Source: an uncultured Gemmatimonadales bacterium
GTDB lineage: Bacteria > Gemmatimonadota > Gemmatimonadetes > Gemmatimonadales > GWC2-71-9
Reading direction: 5' to 3'
NCBI GenBank assembly: GCA_963695555.1
Contig: CAVOGR010000001.1
Coordinates: 224,001 to 288,000 of the forward strand
DNA length: 64,000 nt
The notes beneath the pieces were generated by a model that was not told where the DNA came from, did no database searches, and saw nothing but the letters and a program-made list of their open reading frames with translations. Of this stretch, positions 32,220 through 42,762 are shown piece by piece. Made by a program: the position numbers and the translations under genes. Every line of letters starts with the position of its first letter. Position 1 is the first letter of the stretch.

Positions 32220-33333
32220 TTGGTTCTCATCTCTGTTGTGGCACTCGTGATCTTGCTGATCGGTTGGGTCGGATATCCGGTCATCATCAATCTGTTGGCC
32301 AGGTGGCGCCCTCCTATTGGTGGCGGTCCGGGATCACCCACACCGATGGTCTCCGTGGTCGTTGCCACTCGGGACGATCCGTTAGTGGTCGCTCGACGGG
32401 CTACGAACATTCTCGAGACGGAATACCTGCTCGAAAGCCTCGAGCTCGTTGTGGCAGTCGACGCAGGTTCGTCGTGGCCGGTTGAGGAGTATCGTAAGGC
32501 TCTGCCAGAAGATGTCGTCGTGGTGCCAGGCGACGATCCGGGAGGCAAGGCAAGCGCGCTGAACGCCGGGGTACGTGCCGCGGGGGGAGAGGTGGTGGTG
32601 TTCGCAGATTCCCACCAGACCTTTGCCCCGGACACGATTCCGTTGCTGGTTCAGTACTTGGGTGATCGGCGGTTTGGGCGGTGTCCGGCACCCTCGCCTT
32701 GGATCGTGAGCATTACGGCCGGACAGTGCTCGGTCTGTGGTGGGAATTCGAGTTGTTTCTGCGTCGTTCAGAGGCAGCCATCCACAGCCTGGTGGGGGTG
32801 ACGGGGGCGGTTTATTGCATCCGCCGGTCGCTCTGGACCCCACTGCCAAGGGATCTCATTTGTGACGACCTCTTTGTTCCGTTCAATCTCGCCATGCACG
32901 GACATCGTGTCGGCCATTGCGAGCCGGCACACGCGTTCGATCCGAGGAAGTTGAGCCGGCCACGAGGAGTTCCGACGGCGGGTCCGGACGCTGACGGGAA
33001 TTCTGCAGCTGTGCGCTTGGTATCCCTCGATTCTCGTGCCCTGGAGGAATCCGGTCTGGGCCCAGTTCGTCTGTCACAAGCTGCTCCGGGTGGCGACCCC
33101 GTACCTGGTGCTGCTCGTGGTAATCGGCCTCATTCCGTGGCTAGCTCGGACGCCCGGAACGTGGCTTGCTGCAGCAAGTCTGGTACTGCTTATTGTGTCG
33201 CTCGGGTTGTTCATCGTCGCACCATCGAAGGCGAGGAAGTTGGGGTCACAGGTGTTGTGGGCGGCTCGCCTGCTCAGGTGCGCCGGTCAGGGCCAGCCTC
33301 AACGCTCTACGTGGGCGTTGGGACGTGTGGTAA
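32220..33333 (+). CDS. GT2 glycosyltransferase (PgaC/IcaA-like), about 3 frameshifts
   Basis: GYP after a TM helix, GKASALN, FADSHQ, VTGAVYCIRR, CDD, HKLLR, terminal LRGRWDVW*; GAGGAGG RBS before a TTG start. Confidence 0.8.
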
Positions 33334-33420
33334 GGCCGTGACCGAATCGGATCGTGGATGGGAATTTGGCGCTATTTTCTCGGACCAACTGTCGATTTCA
33401 GCGACGCAGGGAGATCGGTG

Positions 33421-35167
33421 ATGGAAAAGCCGCCCAGTGATTTCCAGTCCCGGCGTCCCCTTCGCGTCGGCGTTCTGATCGACGGTTTCGACCACCCACG
33501 GTGGGCGCTGTCAGTCCTTCAGGACATTCAATCGAGTTCCTGTGCCGACCTCGTCGTCGTCATCCGAAATATTGCTCCACATCCTTCGCTTTCCTTTCGT
33601 GAGCGCCTTTCGCGAAAATGGCGGTCACTGTTTTACAACCGCTATGTGGCCTGGGACAGCGCGAAGTACACCACATCGAATGACGCGCTAGCCATGGGCG
33701 ATGCCAAGCCGACACTCGGGACGTTACCCCTGATCGATGTCGTTCCCCGCATGACGCTTCATACCGATCGCTTTGAGGAGGATGACGTTCGCCGCGTTCG
33801 CGATTTCGACCTGGACGTTATCCTGCGCTTTGGGTTTCGCCTCCTCCGCGGCCCAATCTTGGATAGCGCTCGATACGGAGTGTGGTCCTATCACCATGGT
33901 GATAATCGATCGTATCGAGGAGGACCTCCGTGCTTCTGGGAGGTTGCTGAAGGGAACAGTGTCACTGGGGTCATCCTTCAGGTGATCACGGATGAACTTG
34001 ACGCAGGACACGTGTTGTATCGCTCGGTGGGGCGAACGGATCCCCTATCCGTTCGAAAGACCCGACAGGAGTGTTATGGAACAGCGCAGCAATTCGTCAT
34101 CAGGAAACTGCAGGACGTATTTCAGCGTGGGCGCGCCGGTCTCAATACCCACACCAACGATCAGCCGTCCTGGGCACCTTACAGCAATCGCCTCTTCATG
34201 GCTCCGACTAACCGGGAAATGCTCCAGTACCTGTTGGTGCTGTTTCGAAGGCGGATCGAGGCGCGGTGGGCGTCGATGTTTCGTCCCAGCCGCTGGATCC
34301 TGGCCTATCGCTTTTCCTCGCCGTCACCCGAGGCCTCCGTCGAGGCACTTCCTGCGCCAGGGACCTCTGTGTTCCATCGACTCAAGCCCATCCTCCCGCC
34401 GAGCGGTCAGCAGTGGGCCGATCCCTTCCCGGCCAAGGTGGATGGACGATTCTACGTGTTCTTCGAGAACTGGCCATTGGGCGGTGGGAAGGGTCGCATC
34501 GAGGTGATGGAATGGCTGGGAGACGATCGGTGGAGTACTCCAGCCGTCGCGTTGGAACGCCCCTACCACCTCTCGTATCCGTATCTGTTCGAGTGGGAGG
34601 GGGAGCGCTACATGGTGGTGGAGAGCGAGGCGAATTCTTCTGTGGAGGTCTATCGGACCACATCGTTTCCAGTCGGGTGGGAGCTCGATCGAGTATTGCT
34701 CAGCGACATTGCCGCCGTCGATCCAACCATCGTTGAGCTCAACGGCCGGTGGTGGATGTTTGTGACGATGGTGAACCCAGGGGGGTCGCCCTCGACCGAG
34801 CTGCGATGTCTACCATGCGGAGAGCCCACTCGGCCCCTGGCTACCTCACGCACTGAATCCTGTCAAATCCGATATTCGGAGCGCGCGCCCGGCAGGACGC
34901 CCATTCATGGTCGACGGCGCCATCTATCGTCCGGCCCAGGATTGCTCGCTGCGCTACGGCGGCGCAATCGTTCTCAATCGCATCGACCTGCTGAGTGACA
35001 CCGAGTATCGCGAAGTGGTCGTTGACCGAATCGACCCACGTTGGGCACCCGGTCTGGTGGGAACCCACACCATCAACTCACACTCTGAGTTGACGGTAGT
35101 GGACGCCCTGGCCCAGGGGTCCCGGTTCGAGAAATGGGCACGGAAGAAGGCGAAACACCGTCCCTGA
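33421..35167 (+). CDS. Formyltransferase-like N-domain fused to a GINT1/GH43-like beta-propeller (frameshift at ~34810)
   Basis: YHHGDNRSYRGGPPCFW, LDAGHV; WADPF, HLSYPYLF, VDPT, RPAQDC..RYG, GTHTIN. Confidence 0.75.
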
Positions 35168-35182
35168 CCCCGGCTTGGCCCT

Positions 35183-35278
35183 CCCATGCCTGGCATGGGC
35201 AGTGCCTTTTGACAGTCGCACGTCGGTTTGCACCTCAGGCCCCCCGGTGAGCGCAGAAGCAGGGGAGATCTCTCCCCT
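35183..35278. terminator. Two palindromic hairpins between convergent genes
   Basis: CCCATGCC-T-GGCATGGG (35183-35199) and AGGGGAGA-TC-TCTCCCCT (35261-35278); no U-tract. Confidence 0.35.
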
Positions 35279-35294
35279 CCGGCAATCGCGGCGC

Positions 35295-36869
35295 TCAATC
35301 ACGGCCACCCGTCTGCCGGATCCACTGCAGGAGAAGGGCGCGGTATCGTTGCCGCTCGTCCCTGGTCAAGCAGAGGAACCACGCCCCAACTGCTGCCACC
35401 GGGAGCGCCAGCGCTACCTGGGCAAAGAACACCACGAGGTTGGAGGCCGGCCACTGCCGTTGTATCCCGTATGTGGCGAGGGCAAACGGCATCATCGACA
35501 CCAGCGGCCGGACCCAGGCGTTGAACCAGAAGGCCGTCACCGGGATGCCGAGCACGTGCCTGAGGTACCATGGCATGGCGACCAGGGCGACGACGACTCT
35601 CGGTAGGGTCGTGCCCCACGCCACTCCTTGGATCCCGATGGCCTGGACCAACCAGATGCTCAAGCCGAGGTTGACGGCCGCTTCCGTTCCGAAGATCGGG
35701 ACCAGTCCACGGTGCCGATTCAGTCCGAACATGGTGGAGCCGATGCTGGCAACGCCGCCTTGGCAGGCCAGCGCGATGGAGAGGATCCACAGGATTTCCC
35801 CGGAACGCTCGGCGTAGCTGGGTCCCATCCAGAGGCCGATGAACGTCCCACCCCGGATCATGAACGTCACAATGATCGGGAGGATCACGAGGGTCGCGAA
35901 CCGGGCGCTCTTCAAGACAATGTGCCGCAACTCATCGCTCCGGCCCTGGGCTTGGAGCGCGCTCGTTGTCGGCGTGATGGTGAATGAAATACCGCTGACG
36001 ATTGCCCGCGCGTAGTTCGTCAAATTGACCGCGATGGCAAAGAAGGTCAGGAGCGCGACGGGAAGAAACGCGCTGATCACGATGGAATCGGTGTACGAAA
36101 TGATCTGAGCCGACGCCTGGATCAGAATGGTGTAGATGCTCCAGGAGAAGATGAGCCGAACGGCGCGAGGGTCCCAGTGCAGCCATCGTATTTGGGCTTC
36201 GGGATAGAGCCGCCGGTCGAGGCCGTACGCGATGCCGGCACGAAGGAGTGTCACGGCCAACTGAATGATGGCCAGGGCGATCAGACCCTCTCCGGCACTG
36301 AGCGCCACGACCACCAGCGCCGCCCGCAGGCTCTCGATGGCAATGTTGAGCTTGCTGGTGTAGTCGAATCGTTGTCGGCCGACGAGGATCCCCTCGAAGA
36401 CGCCGTTGATGAGCGTCACCCCGATCGTGACCCCGCCGATGATCGTGACGACCTGGGCCTCGAAGACGAGGGCGGGGGGTATCCGAAACCGGGGAACGAC
36501 AAAGATGGCGAGGATTACGGCCGCCACGATGGCCAGCAGCCCGGTCATGCAGTAGATGATGAATGCCGACGACGCCAATCGGCTCGATTGGAGATGGTCC
36601 CCCTCGGCATGGAACTTGGCGATGAACCGCGTCACCGCACCGCGGACCCCCAGGTCCAGGAGTCCCATGTAGCCCACCAGCGAGCCGAGCAGTACCCATG
36701 CGCCGTACTCGGTGTTGCCGAGGCTTCGGACCACGAACGGTGACAGGAAGAATGCCACCACGGCCGTGAAGAGGAACGAGGTCCAGTTGGCGAAGACATT
36801 CCGCGCCATCCGTGGCTTGGCGTCTACTGCGCGAGGAGTGGGCCGCTCGGGTTGATTGTGGTCTGGCAT
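35295..36869 (-). CDS. wzx: Wzx-type oligosaccharide flippase (MOP family)
   Basis: RNVFANW, SPFVVRSLGNTEYGAW, LLDLG, many TM helices; start could also be 36809. Confidence 0.88.
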   Translation of the reverse strand: MPDHNQPERPTPRAVDAKPRMARNVFANWTSFLFTAVVAFFLSPFVVRSLGNTEYGAWVLLGSLVGYMGLLDLGVRGAVTRFIAKFHAEGDHLQSSRLASSAFIIYCMTGLLAIVAAVILAIFVVPRFRIPPALVFEAQVVTIIGGVTIGVTLINGVFEGILVGRQRFDYTSKLNIAIESLRAALVVVALSAGEGLIALAIIQLAVTLLRAGIAYGLDRRLYPEAQIRWLHWDPRAVRLIFSWSIYTILIQASAQIISYTDSIVISAFLPVALLTFFAIAVNLTNYARAIVSGISFTITPTTSALQAQGRSDELRHIVLKSARFATLVILPIIVTFMIRGGTFIGLWMGPSYAERSGEILWILSIALACQGGVASIGSTMFGLNRHRGLVPIFGTEAAVNLGLSIWLVQAIGIQGVAWGTTLPRVVVALVAMPWYLRHVLGIPVTAFWFNAWVRPLVSMMPFALATYGIQRQWPASNLVVFFAQVALALPVAAVGAWFLCLTRDERQRYRALLLQWIRQTGGRD

Positions 36870-37157
36870 GAAGTGTGGAGACGCCTCCGGGCGGCACCGC
36901 GCGGGAGAAGCAACAGGCTTTGGGTCTCCCCAGTGGCCTGAAGTCGAAGTTGTTGGGCAGGGAATAAAGAGGACAAGGATTCTGTGAGGCAAGCCTCAGC
37001 GGGACTGACGTTGAGGGAGCGGGCTGTCGGGAGGCGCTCCGGCGCGCGAGGAGGTGCCGGGGGAAGGCCGGCGGGACCAGCGGGGAGTGGCGTCGGCAAG
37101 GTGCTGCGGACTGGCCTGTTTCCTCGCATGGTTGTTGCATCCTCCCACTTAGATTGC

Positions 37158-38858
37158 ATGCCTCGTAGTGGTATCCGGGCATATGGCCGCAGAATCGAGG
37201 GGCATTTGGACCAACCGCAGGCCGCAGGGAGTTGGTTGGACGGGTTCTGGGACTCGCGCCGGCATGACCGTTGGGTGTTCGCGGCAGCCGGGTGCCTGCT
37301 GTTGGTGTACGTCTCCCTCACCTGGTACCTCCGCATTCCCGCGGTGACGACCGGGAATGACGATGCCACGTACCTCCACCTTGCCCGCGCCGTATCTCAC
37401 TTCAACTACCGGGAACTCTGGATAGTCGGCGAGCCGGTCCACTCGCACTACCCCCCGTTCTATCCGATTCTTCTCGCCGCCGTCGGCTTCTTCTCGGGCT
37501 ACCGCCTGGACGCCCTGCTCGTCGTGAACCACCTGTTGGTGATGGCCGCGCTCTGGCTGATGTTCGATGCCGTTCGCCGGTTGTGGTCCCCCGGCCTGGC
37601 GCTCTTGATGCTCGCGATGCTGGTGGTCAATCCCGGGCTGGTTCTGCTCGGTGGCCGTATCATGTCCGAGGCCCCATATCTGGCCCTCTCCTGCCTGGTG
37701 TTGTGGATACCGACGCGAACATCGACTCGTAGGACATGGGTCGGGGTGGCGTTTTGCGCGGCCGCCATCCTGGCCGCGCTGACCCGAAGCGCGGGGATTA
37801 CGCTCCTCGCCGCCGTGTTCGTGCTTTGGGCCCTGGACCGACGGTGGCGGGCACTCGGCGCCTTTACCCTCGCTTCCTCGATTCTGGTCGGATCGTGGCT
37901 GACGATGACCGCTCTCGCTCCGCACACGGTACACGGGTCGCTCTCCTACGTCGCGGACGCGGTACGAGGCCCGGCCGATCGCGGCATGCTCTTCACCCTC
38001 GTGCAACGGCTGGCCACACGGCTGCCGGACTATCTCGCCCGGGTCGTTGCCTGGGAGCTACCCCTGCCGGTGACCTCGAGCACGGTCCTCGACAACATCG
38101 CCTGGGCTCTGCTCCTCGTTGGACTGGGTGGGCTGGGCCTCGTGAGCACGTGGCGGCGTTGGAGGATCCTCCCGCTGTACCTTGGCGCCTATGGCGGGCT
38201 CTTGGCCGTATGGACCTGGGTGATCGGGCGGTTTCTCGCGCCGATCATCCCGATCATCGTCATCACGTTGCTGGCCGGAGCCGATGTGATCCGCCGCCGC
38301 TACGGTGCGCGGCTGGGTACCGCTCTCGCGGTCGGGTTGGCCGCCGTGGTTGTATTCACCGGAATCCGTGCCGATTGGGACGAGATCCGCGCGTTCCGCG
38401 GCTGTGACCGGACGGCGCCGCTCGAATCACCGGGCTGCTTCGATGCCGATCAGCGCAGTCTCTTTGCCGCGAGCCGCTTCGTCGCCGCCAATACGCCGGA
38501 TTCCTCAGTGGTGCTCACCGCGAAAGACGCGGTCTTTGCCCTCTACAGCGGCCGAAAGGTCGTCCGGCCGCGAGCCATCCTGGCGGCTGACCCGGCCGTG
38601 TTCATCGCCCAATTGGCGGAGAGCGGTGCGGACTACGTCTTCCTCGGCAGCACCGTTGGCATCGAACTCAAACCGTACTCCAAATCGCTCTTGCCGGCCT
38701 GTACTGCTCTGGATCTCGTGGAGTCGTTTCCCCCTCGATCCTTCCTTTTCCGGCCGGCTGCGACGATCACCTCCGACACGACGTCGGCGGCATGCCGTGT
38801 CCTGTCCGAGTATCGCGCCTGGGTGCGTGGCGGCGTGAATGAGGACTCCGAGCCCTAG
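37158..38858 (+). CDS. GT-C (ArnT/PMT-like) membrane glycosyltransferase
   Basis: NDDATYLHLA after TM1, YPPFYP, MSEAP, LTRSAG, RFLAP; C-terminal soluble domain. Confidence 0.82.
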   Translation: MPRSGIRAYGRRIEGHLDQPQAAGSWLDGFWDSRRHDRWVFAAAGCLLLVYVSLTWYLRIPAVTTGNDDATYLHLARAVSHFNYRELWIVGEPVHSHYPPFYPILLAAVGFFSGYRLDALLVVNHLLVMAALWLMFDAVRRLWSPGLALLMLAMLVVNPGLVLLGGRIMSEAPYLALSCLVLWIPTRTSTRRTWVGVAFCAAAILAALTRSAGITLLAAVFVLWALDRRWRALGAFTLASSILVGSWLTMTALAPHTVHGSLSYVADAVRGPADRGMLFTLVQRLATRLPDYLARVVAWELPLPVTSSTVLDNIAWALLLVGLGGLGLVSTWRRWRILPLYLGAYGGLLAVWTWVIGRFLAPIIPIIVITLLAGADVIRRRYGARLGTALAVGLAAVVVFTGIRADWDEIRAFRGCDRTAPLESPGCFDADQRSLFAASRFVAANTPDSSVVLTAKDAVFALYSGRKVVRPRAILAADPAVFIAQLAESGADYVFLGSTVGIELKPYSKSLLPACTALDLVESFPPRSFLFRPAATITSDTTSAACRVLSEYRAWVRGGVNEDSEP

Positions 38859-38901
38859 GGGTCTGAGGCCGCTCCTCACTATACGATCCCGCCGCCCACG
38901 A

Positions 38902-38917
38902 GGGCGCACTATTTGCT
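38902..38917 (+). promoter_or_regulatory. Putative sigma54 promoter
   Basis: GGGCGCACTATTTGCT (GG-N10-GC with TTGCT), 265 bp before the GT2 operon. Confidence 0.55.
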
Positions 38918-39182
38918 ACGTCCCAGGCCGTGGCCCTCGAGCCTGTGCCGGGGCCTGCTCTTCGCGTGGTTCGCACGTCCCTTAACCAGTGCTTTTCCCG
39001 CCCACTTTCGTTATTTGTTCGGGACGGCAACAATACCGAGAGGGATCGTTAGTGACTCAGGAGACTCCGAGTCGGACAAAGTTGTGGCGGGACCCCTACA
39101 ATAGGGGGTTCCCAGCCACTCACCTGCGGCGGCGCCACTCCCGGCCTGAGCCAGGGCTGCCTCGGCGGAACGGCGCGGCCGC

Positions 39183-40076
39183 ATGACGGCGTCGCTCTCG
39201 GTCATCATCCCCTCCGTCAACGGATGGGATGATCTTGCAGGTTGCCTGGAGGCACTCGAAGCCGAGCGCAGCAACCTCGAAATCGAAGCAGTGGTGATAG
39301 ACCGGGTTGGTGAGCCGCTCCGGGCCAAGGTGCGGGCGCGGTTTCCATGGGTGGTGGTGCTCGACGCCCCGCGCGGAACCACCATTCCGGACCTTCGGGC
39401 GATGGGCTTCGCTCGGGCCGAGGCCGAGGCGGTGGCGGTGATCGAGGACCACATCGTGGTCCCACCCGGGTGGGGCCGTCAGATGCTCGAGGCCCAAATG
39501 GCGGGAGCCGACGTGGTGGGAGGAGCCGTCGAGAACCTGGCGACGGAGCGGTTGATCGACCGCGCGGCGTTCTTATGCGAGTACAGCCATCTGCTGCCGC
39601 CTCTCCCCGAGGGCCCGGTCGGGAGCCTCGCGGGCAACAACGTGGTCTACCGTCGCAGCATTCTCGAACGCTACCGGGAGGTCGTCACTGCGGGCCGATG
39701 GGAGAACTACCTACACGACGCGATGAGAGCTGACGGTCTCGAGCTGATCAGCAGGCCCGATATTCGGGTCGGCCATAAGAAGCACTATACCATGCGAGAG
39801 TACGTGTCCCAACGTTTTCTGTATAGCCGTTCCTACGCGGGAGGGCGCACCGAGTCCTGGCCGTGGTTGCGCCGCATGGTATATGGTACGGCGGCGCTTG
39901 GACTTCCGGCGTTGCTCCTTTGGCGGGTCGTGTCCACCGTGTGGCGAAAAGGGGTGAACCGGGTCGAGATCATCCGGGCCCTCCCCTTGCTCCTGGTGTT
40001 TGTGGTGTCCTGGGGAGTTGGCGAGACCGTTGGCGCATGGGCCGGTCAGGGCGATGCCCTGAGCCGGGTCTGCTAG
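39183..40076 (+). CDS. GT2 glycosyltransferase with C-terminal TM helices
   Basis: LSVIIPS, VIEDH, VVGGAV, GNNVVYRR. Confidence 0.85.
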   Translation: MTASLSVIIPSVNGWDDLAGCLEALEAERSNLEIEAVVIDRVGEPLRAKVRARFPWVVVLDAPRGTTIPDLRAMGFARAEAEAVAVIEDHIVVPPGWGRQMLEAQMAGADVVGGAVENLATERLIDRAAFLCEYSHLLPPLPEGPVGSLAGNNVVYRRSILERYREVVTAGRWENYLHDAMRADGLELISRPDIRVGHKKHYTMREYVSQRFLYSRSYAGGRTESWPWLRRMVYGTAALGLPALLLWRVVSTVWRKGVNRVEIIRALPLLLVFVVSWGVGETVGAWAGQGDALSRVC

Positions 40077-40086
40077 GTTACGGCGC

Positions 40087-41580
40087 ATGTTCGCCTCCGC
40101 GCAGCCGAGTAGTCGGCCGGTCACCCAGCTCGCTCCCGACGAACACGTCGTGGTCGTTGGTGCCGGCCCGGCTGGTCTGACCGCGGCCTATCTCCTGACC
40201 AAGCAAGGGCATCGGGTGACGGTGCTCGAGGGCGATGAGGTGGTCGGGGGTATTTCGCGAACCGCCCAGTACAAGAACTACCGTTTTGACATCGGCGGCC
40301 ACCGGTTCTTCACCAAAATCGAACCGGTCGAGGCGCTGTGGCACGAGATCCTGGGAGAGGACTTCATCTCCGTGCCGCGGCTTTCCCGCATTCATTACAA
40401 CGGCAAATACTTCAACTATCCGCTCAAGGCCTCGAATGCCCTGATGGGGCTGGGCATCTGGAACGCGGCGCTCATCCTCGTGAGCTACATCCGGGCCAAA
40501 ATCTGGCCGTCGAAGATCGAAGAGAATTTCGAGCAGTGGGTGACCAACCGGTTTGGTCGCCGGCTCTACGAGACGTTCTTCAAGACGTATACCGAAAAGG
40601 TGTGGGGTATCCCGTGCACGGAGATCCGGGCGGAGTGGGCGGCTCAGCGCATTCAAGGGCTTTCGCTGGCGCGCGCTATTCTCTCGGCTGCTTCGCTCAA
40701 CAAGCGATCCACCAAGATCAAGACCCTCATCAACGAGTTTCAGTATCCACGCCTCGGGCCGGGGCAGATGTGGGAGGCCTGTCGCGACCGGATCGTTGCA
40801 GCCGGCAACCAGGTCCTCATGCAGCACTACGCGACGGCCCTGGAGTTGGTCGATGGCAACGTCGTTGCGGTTCGTGCCCAGACCCCGACCGGGGAGATCC
40901 GCCTCGAGGCGGATCACGTGATCTCCACGATGCCGGTTCGTTCGTTGGTGCGATCGTTCGACCCGCCGGTGCCGCCGCAAATCCGTGAAGCCGCCGAGGG
41001 ATTGAAGTACCGTGATTTCCTGGTGGTGGCGCTCATGCTGGACCGGCCGGATCTGTTTCCCGATAATTGGATCTACATTCACACGCCGGGCGTCAAGGTA
41101 GGCCGTATCCAGAATTTCAATAATTGGAGTGCGGCCATGGTCCCCGAGCCGGGTCGGACCTGCCTGGGACTCGAGTATTTCTGTTTCAAAGGGGATGGGC
41201 TCTGGACCACGTCGGACGACGACCTGATCGCTCTGGCTACTCGGGAGCTCGAACAGCTCGGCCTCGCAGAAGCTGCGGGCGTGGTCGATGGCGCCGTGAT
41301 CCGGATGCCCAAGGCGTACCCCATCTACGATTCACAGTACGCCGACCATCTCCAGATCGTGCGCGAGTTCATCGACCCCATTCCGAACCTGCACACGGTG
41401 GGACGGAACGGCATGCACAAGTACAACAACCAAGATCATTCGATGCTCACGGCCATGATGGCGGTGCAGAACATGAACGGTGCTGAATACGACATCTGGG
41501 CGGTGAACACCGATTTCGAATACCACGAGGAGCAGCGGGTCGAAACGCAGGAGCGAGAACCCGTCGCCACCGGCAGCTGA
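40087..41580 (+). CDS. FAD-dependent oxidoreductase (protoporphyrinogen oxidase / UDP-galactopyranose mutase-like family)
   Basis: GAGPAGL, GGISRT, DIGGHRFF, YTEKVWG, WIYIH, AYPIY, GRNGMHKYNNQDHSM. Confidence 0.88.
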   Translation: MFASAQPSSRPVTQLAPDEHVVVVGAGPAGLTAAYLLTKQGHRVTVLEGDEVVGGISRTAQYKNYRFDIGGHRFFTKIEPVEALWHEILGEDFISVPRLSRIHYNGKYFNYPLKASNALMGLGIWNAALILVSYIRAKIWPSKIEENFEQWVTNRFGRRLYETFFKTYTEKVWGIPCTEIRAEWAAQRIQGLSLARAILSAASLNKRSTKIKTLINEFQYPRLGPGQMWEACRDRIVAAGNQVLMQHYATALELVDGNVVAVRAQTPTGEIRLEADHVISTMPVRSLVRSFDPPVPPQIREAAEGLKYRDFLVVALMLDRPDLFPDNWIYIHTPGVKVGRIQNFNNWSAAMVPEPGRTCLGLEYFCFKGDGLWTTSDDDLIALATRELEQLGLAEAAGVVDGAVIRMPKAYPIYDSQYADHLQIVREFIDPIPNLHTVGRNGMHKYNNQDHSMLTAMMAVQNMNGAEYDIWAVNTDFEYHEEQRVETQEREPVATGS

Positions 41581-41583
41581 GTC

Positions 41584-42762
41584 ATGCGGATTGGAGTGGA
41601 TGTCACCTGTTGGGCAAACGAACGTGGGTACGGGCGCTTCACCCGTGAGCTGGTGCCGGCCATGGCGGAGATTGCGGCGGATGACACGTTTCTCTGCTTC
41701 GCAGACCGGCGGGCCGCGGAGCGCTTCGGGTTATCGGCACCCAACGTCGAGCTGATCGAGGTGCCCCTCAAGGCGTCTCCGACGACCGCGGCCGCGGCAG
41801 AGGGCTATCGTTCTCCCGTTGATATGCTCCGGCTCACCCGGGCGGTCTGGCGGTCGGCTCCGGATGTATTTTTCAGTCCGTCCGTGTACACCTATTTTCC
41901 GTTGCCACCGGGCATGCGCGCCGTCGTGACCGTGCACGACACCATCGCCGAGCGCTATCCCGCCCTGACCCTGCCGACGCGTCGCGACCGGCTGTTTTGG
42001 AAACTCAAAGTCGGGCTCGCCTTGAAACAGGCACGGCTCATCCTGACGGTGTCCGATTTTGCCGCACGGGAAATCACCGCCATGCTGGGCGTCGCGCCGG
42101 AACGGCTACGGGTAGCGGTTGAAGCGCCGGCAAGGGCATTTCAGAAGAGCGATTCCCCGGAGCGCGAGGCGGAAGCCGCCGCCCGCGCCGGCCTCCCGAC
42201 GGGTGCCCGCTGGTTCACCTACGTCGGCGGTTTCAACCCCCACAAGCGAGTCGATGTGCTGATCCGCGCGCATGCCGAGGTCGTTCGCCAGTGTGGGAGT
42301 TCTTCCCCCTACCTATTGCTGGTGGGAACCCGGACAGCGGACGTTTTCCATCAATCGGTTACGGATTTGGATCGCCTGGTGACGGACCTCGGGACGAGCG
42401 ACCGGGTCAAGTGGACGGGGTTCGTCGACGACGCGGAGCTCCGGTACCTCCATGCCGGTGCCGTTGCCGCGGTGCTGCCGTCGGAATGCGAGGGATTCGG
42501 CCTGCCCGCCGTGGAAGCGGCCGCATGCGGCACCCCGGTCATTGCCACTCGTGCCAGCCCGCTGCCCGATCTGCTCGAGGGTGGGGGCATCTTTGTGGCA
42601 CCAGGTGAGGCCGAGCCGTTGGCGCGGGCCATGGTGGCCTTGCTGTCCGACTCCGAGCTACGCCGGAGGTTAGGCACGCGTGCCCGGGAACGGGCAGCGG
42701 CACTCGACTGGACCGATGGCGCGCGAGTGGCGGTTGGCGCGCTCCACGAGGCGGCGGAATGA
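41584..42762 (+). CDS. GT4 glycosyltransferase (MtfB-like)
   Basis: GYGRF, TVHD, YVGGFNPHK, EGFGLPAVEAAACG. Confidence 0.92.
   Translation: MRIGVDVTCWANERGYGRFTRELVPAMAEIAADDTFLCFADRRAAERFGLSAPNVELIEVPLKASPTTAAAAEGYRSPVDMLRLTRAVWRSAPDVFFSPSVYTYFPLPPGMRAVVTVHDTIAERYPALTLPTRRDRLFWKLKVGLALKQARLILTVSDFAAREITAMLGVAPERLRVAVEAPARAFQKSDSPEREAEAAARAGLPTGARWFTYVGGFNPHKRVDVLIRAHAEVVRQCGSSSPYLLLVGTRTADVFHQSVTDLDRLVTDLGTSDRVKWTGFVDDAELRYLHAGAVAAVLPSECEGFGLPAVEAAACGTPVIATRASPLPDLLEGGGIFVAPGEAEPLARAMVALLSDSELRRRLGTRARERAAALDWTDGARVAVGALHEAAE

Noticed and set aside
6947..35167. PEP-CTERM/exosortase system
   Set aside because: Some genes resemble those of PEP-CTERM-associated EPS loci, but no exosortase or VPEP-TM-basic tail is seen in this window
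37124..37139. Sigma54-like TCGCATGGTTGTTGCA (also CGCCATGCATCTTGCA at 15678-15693)
   Set aside because: Good -12 element, but the invariant -24 GG is missing
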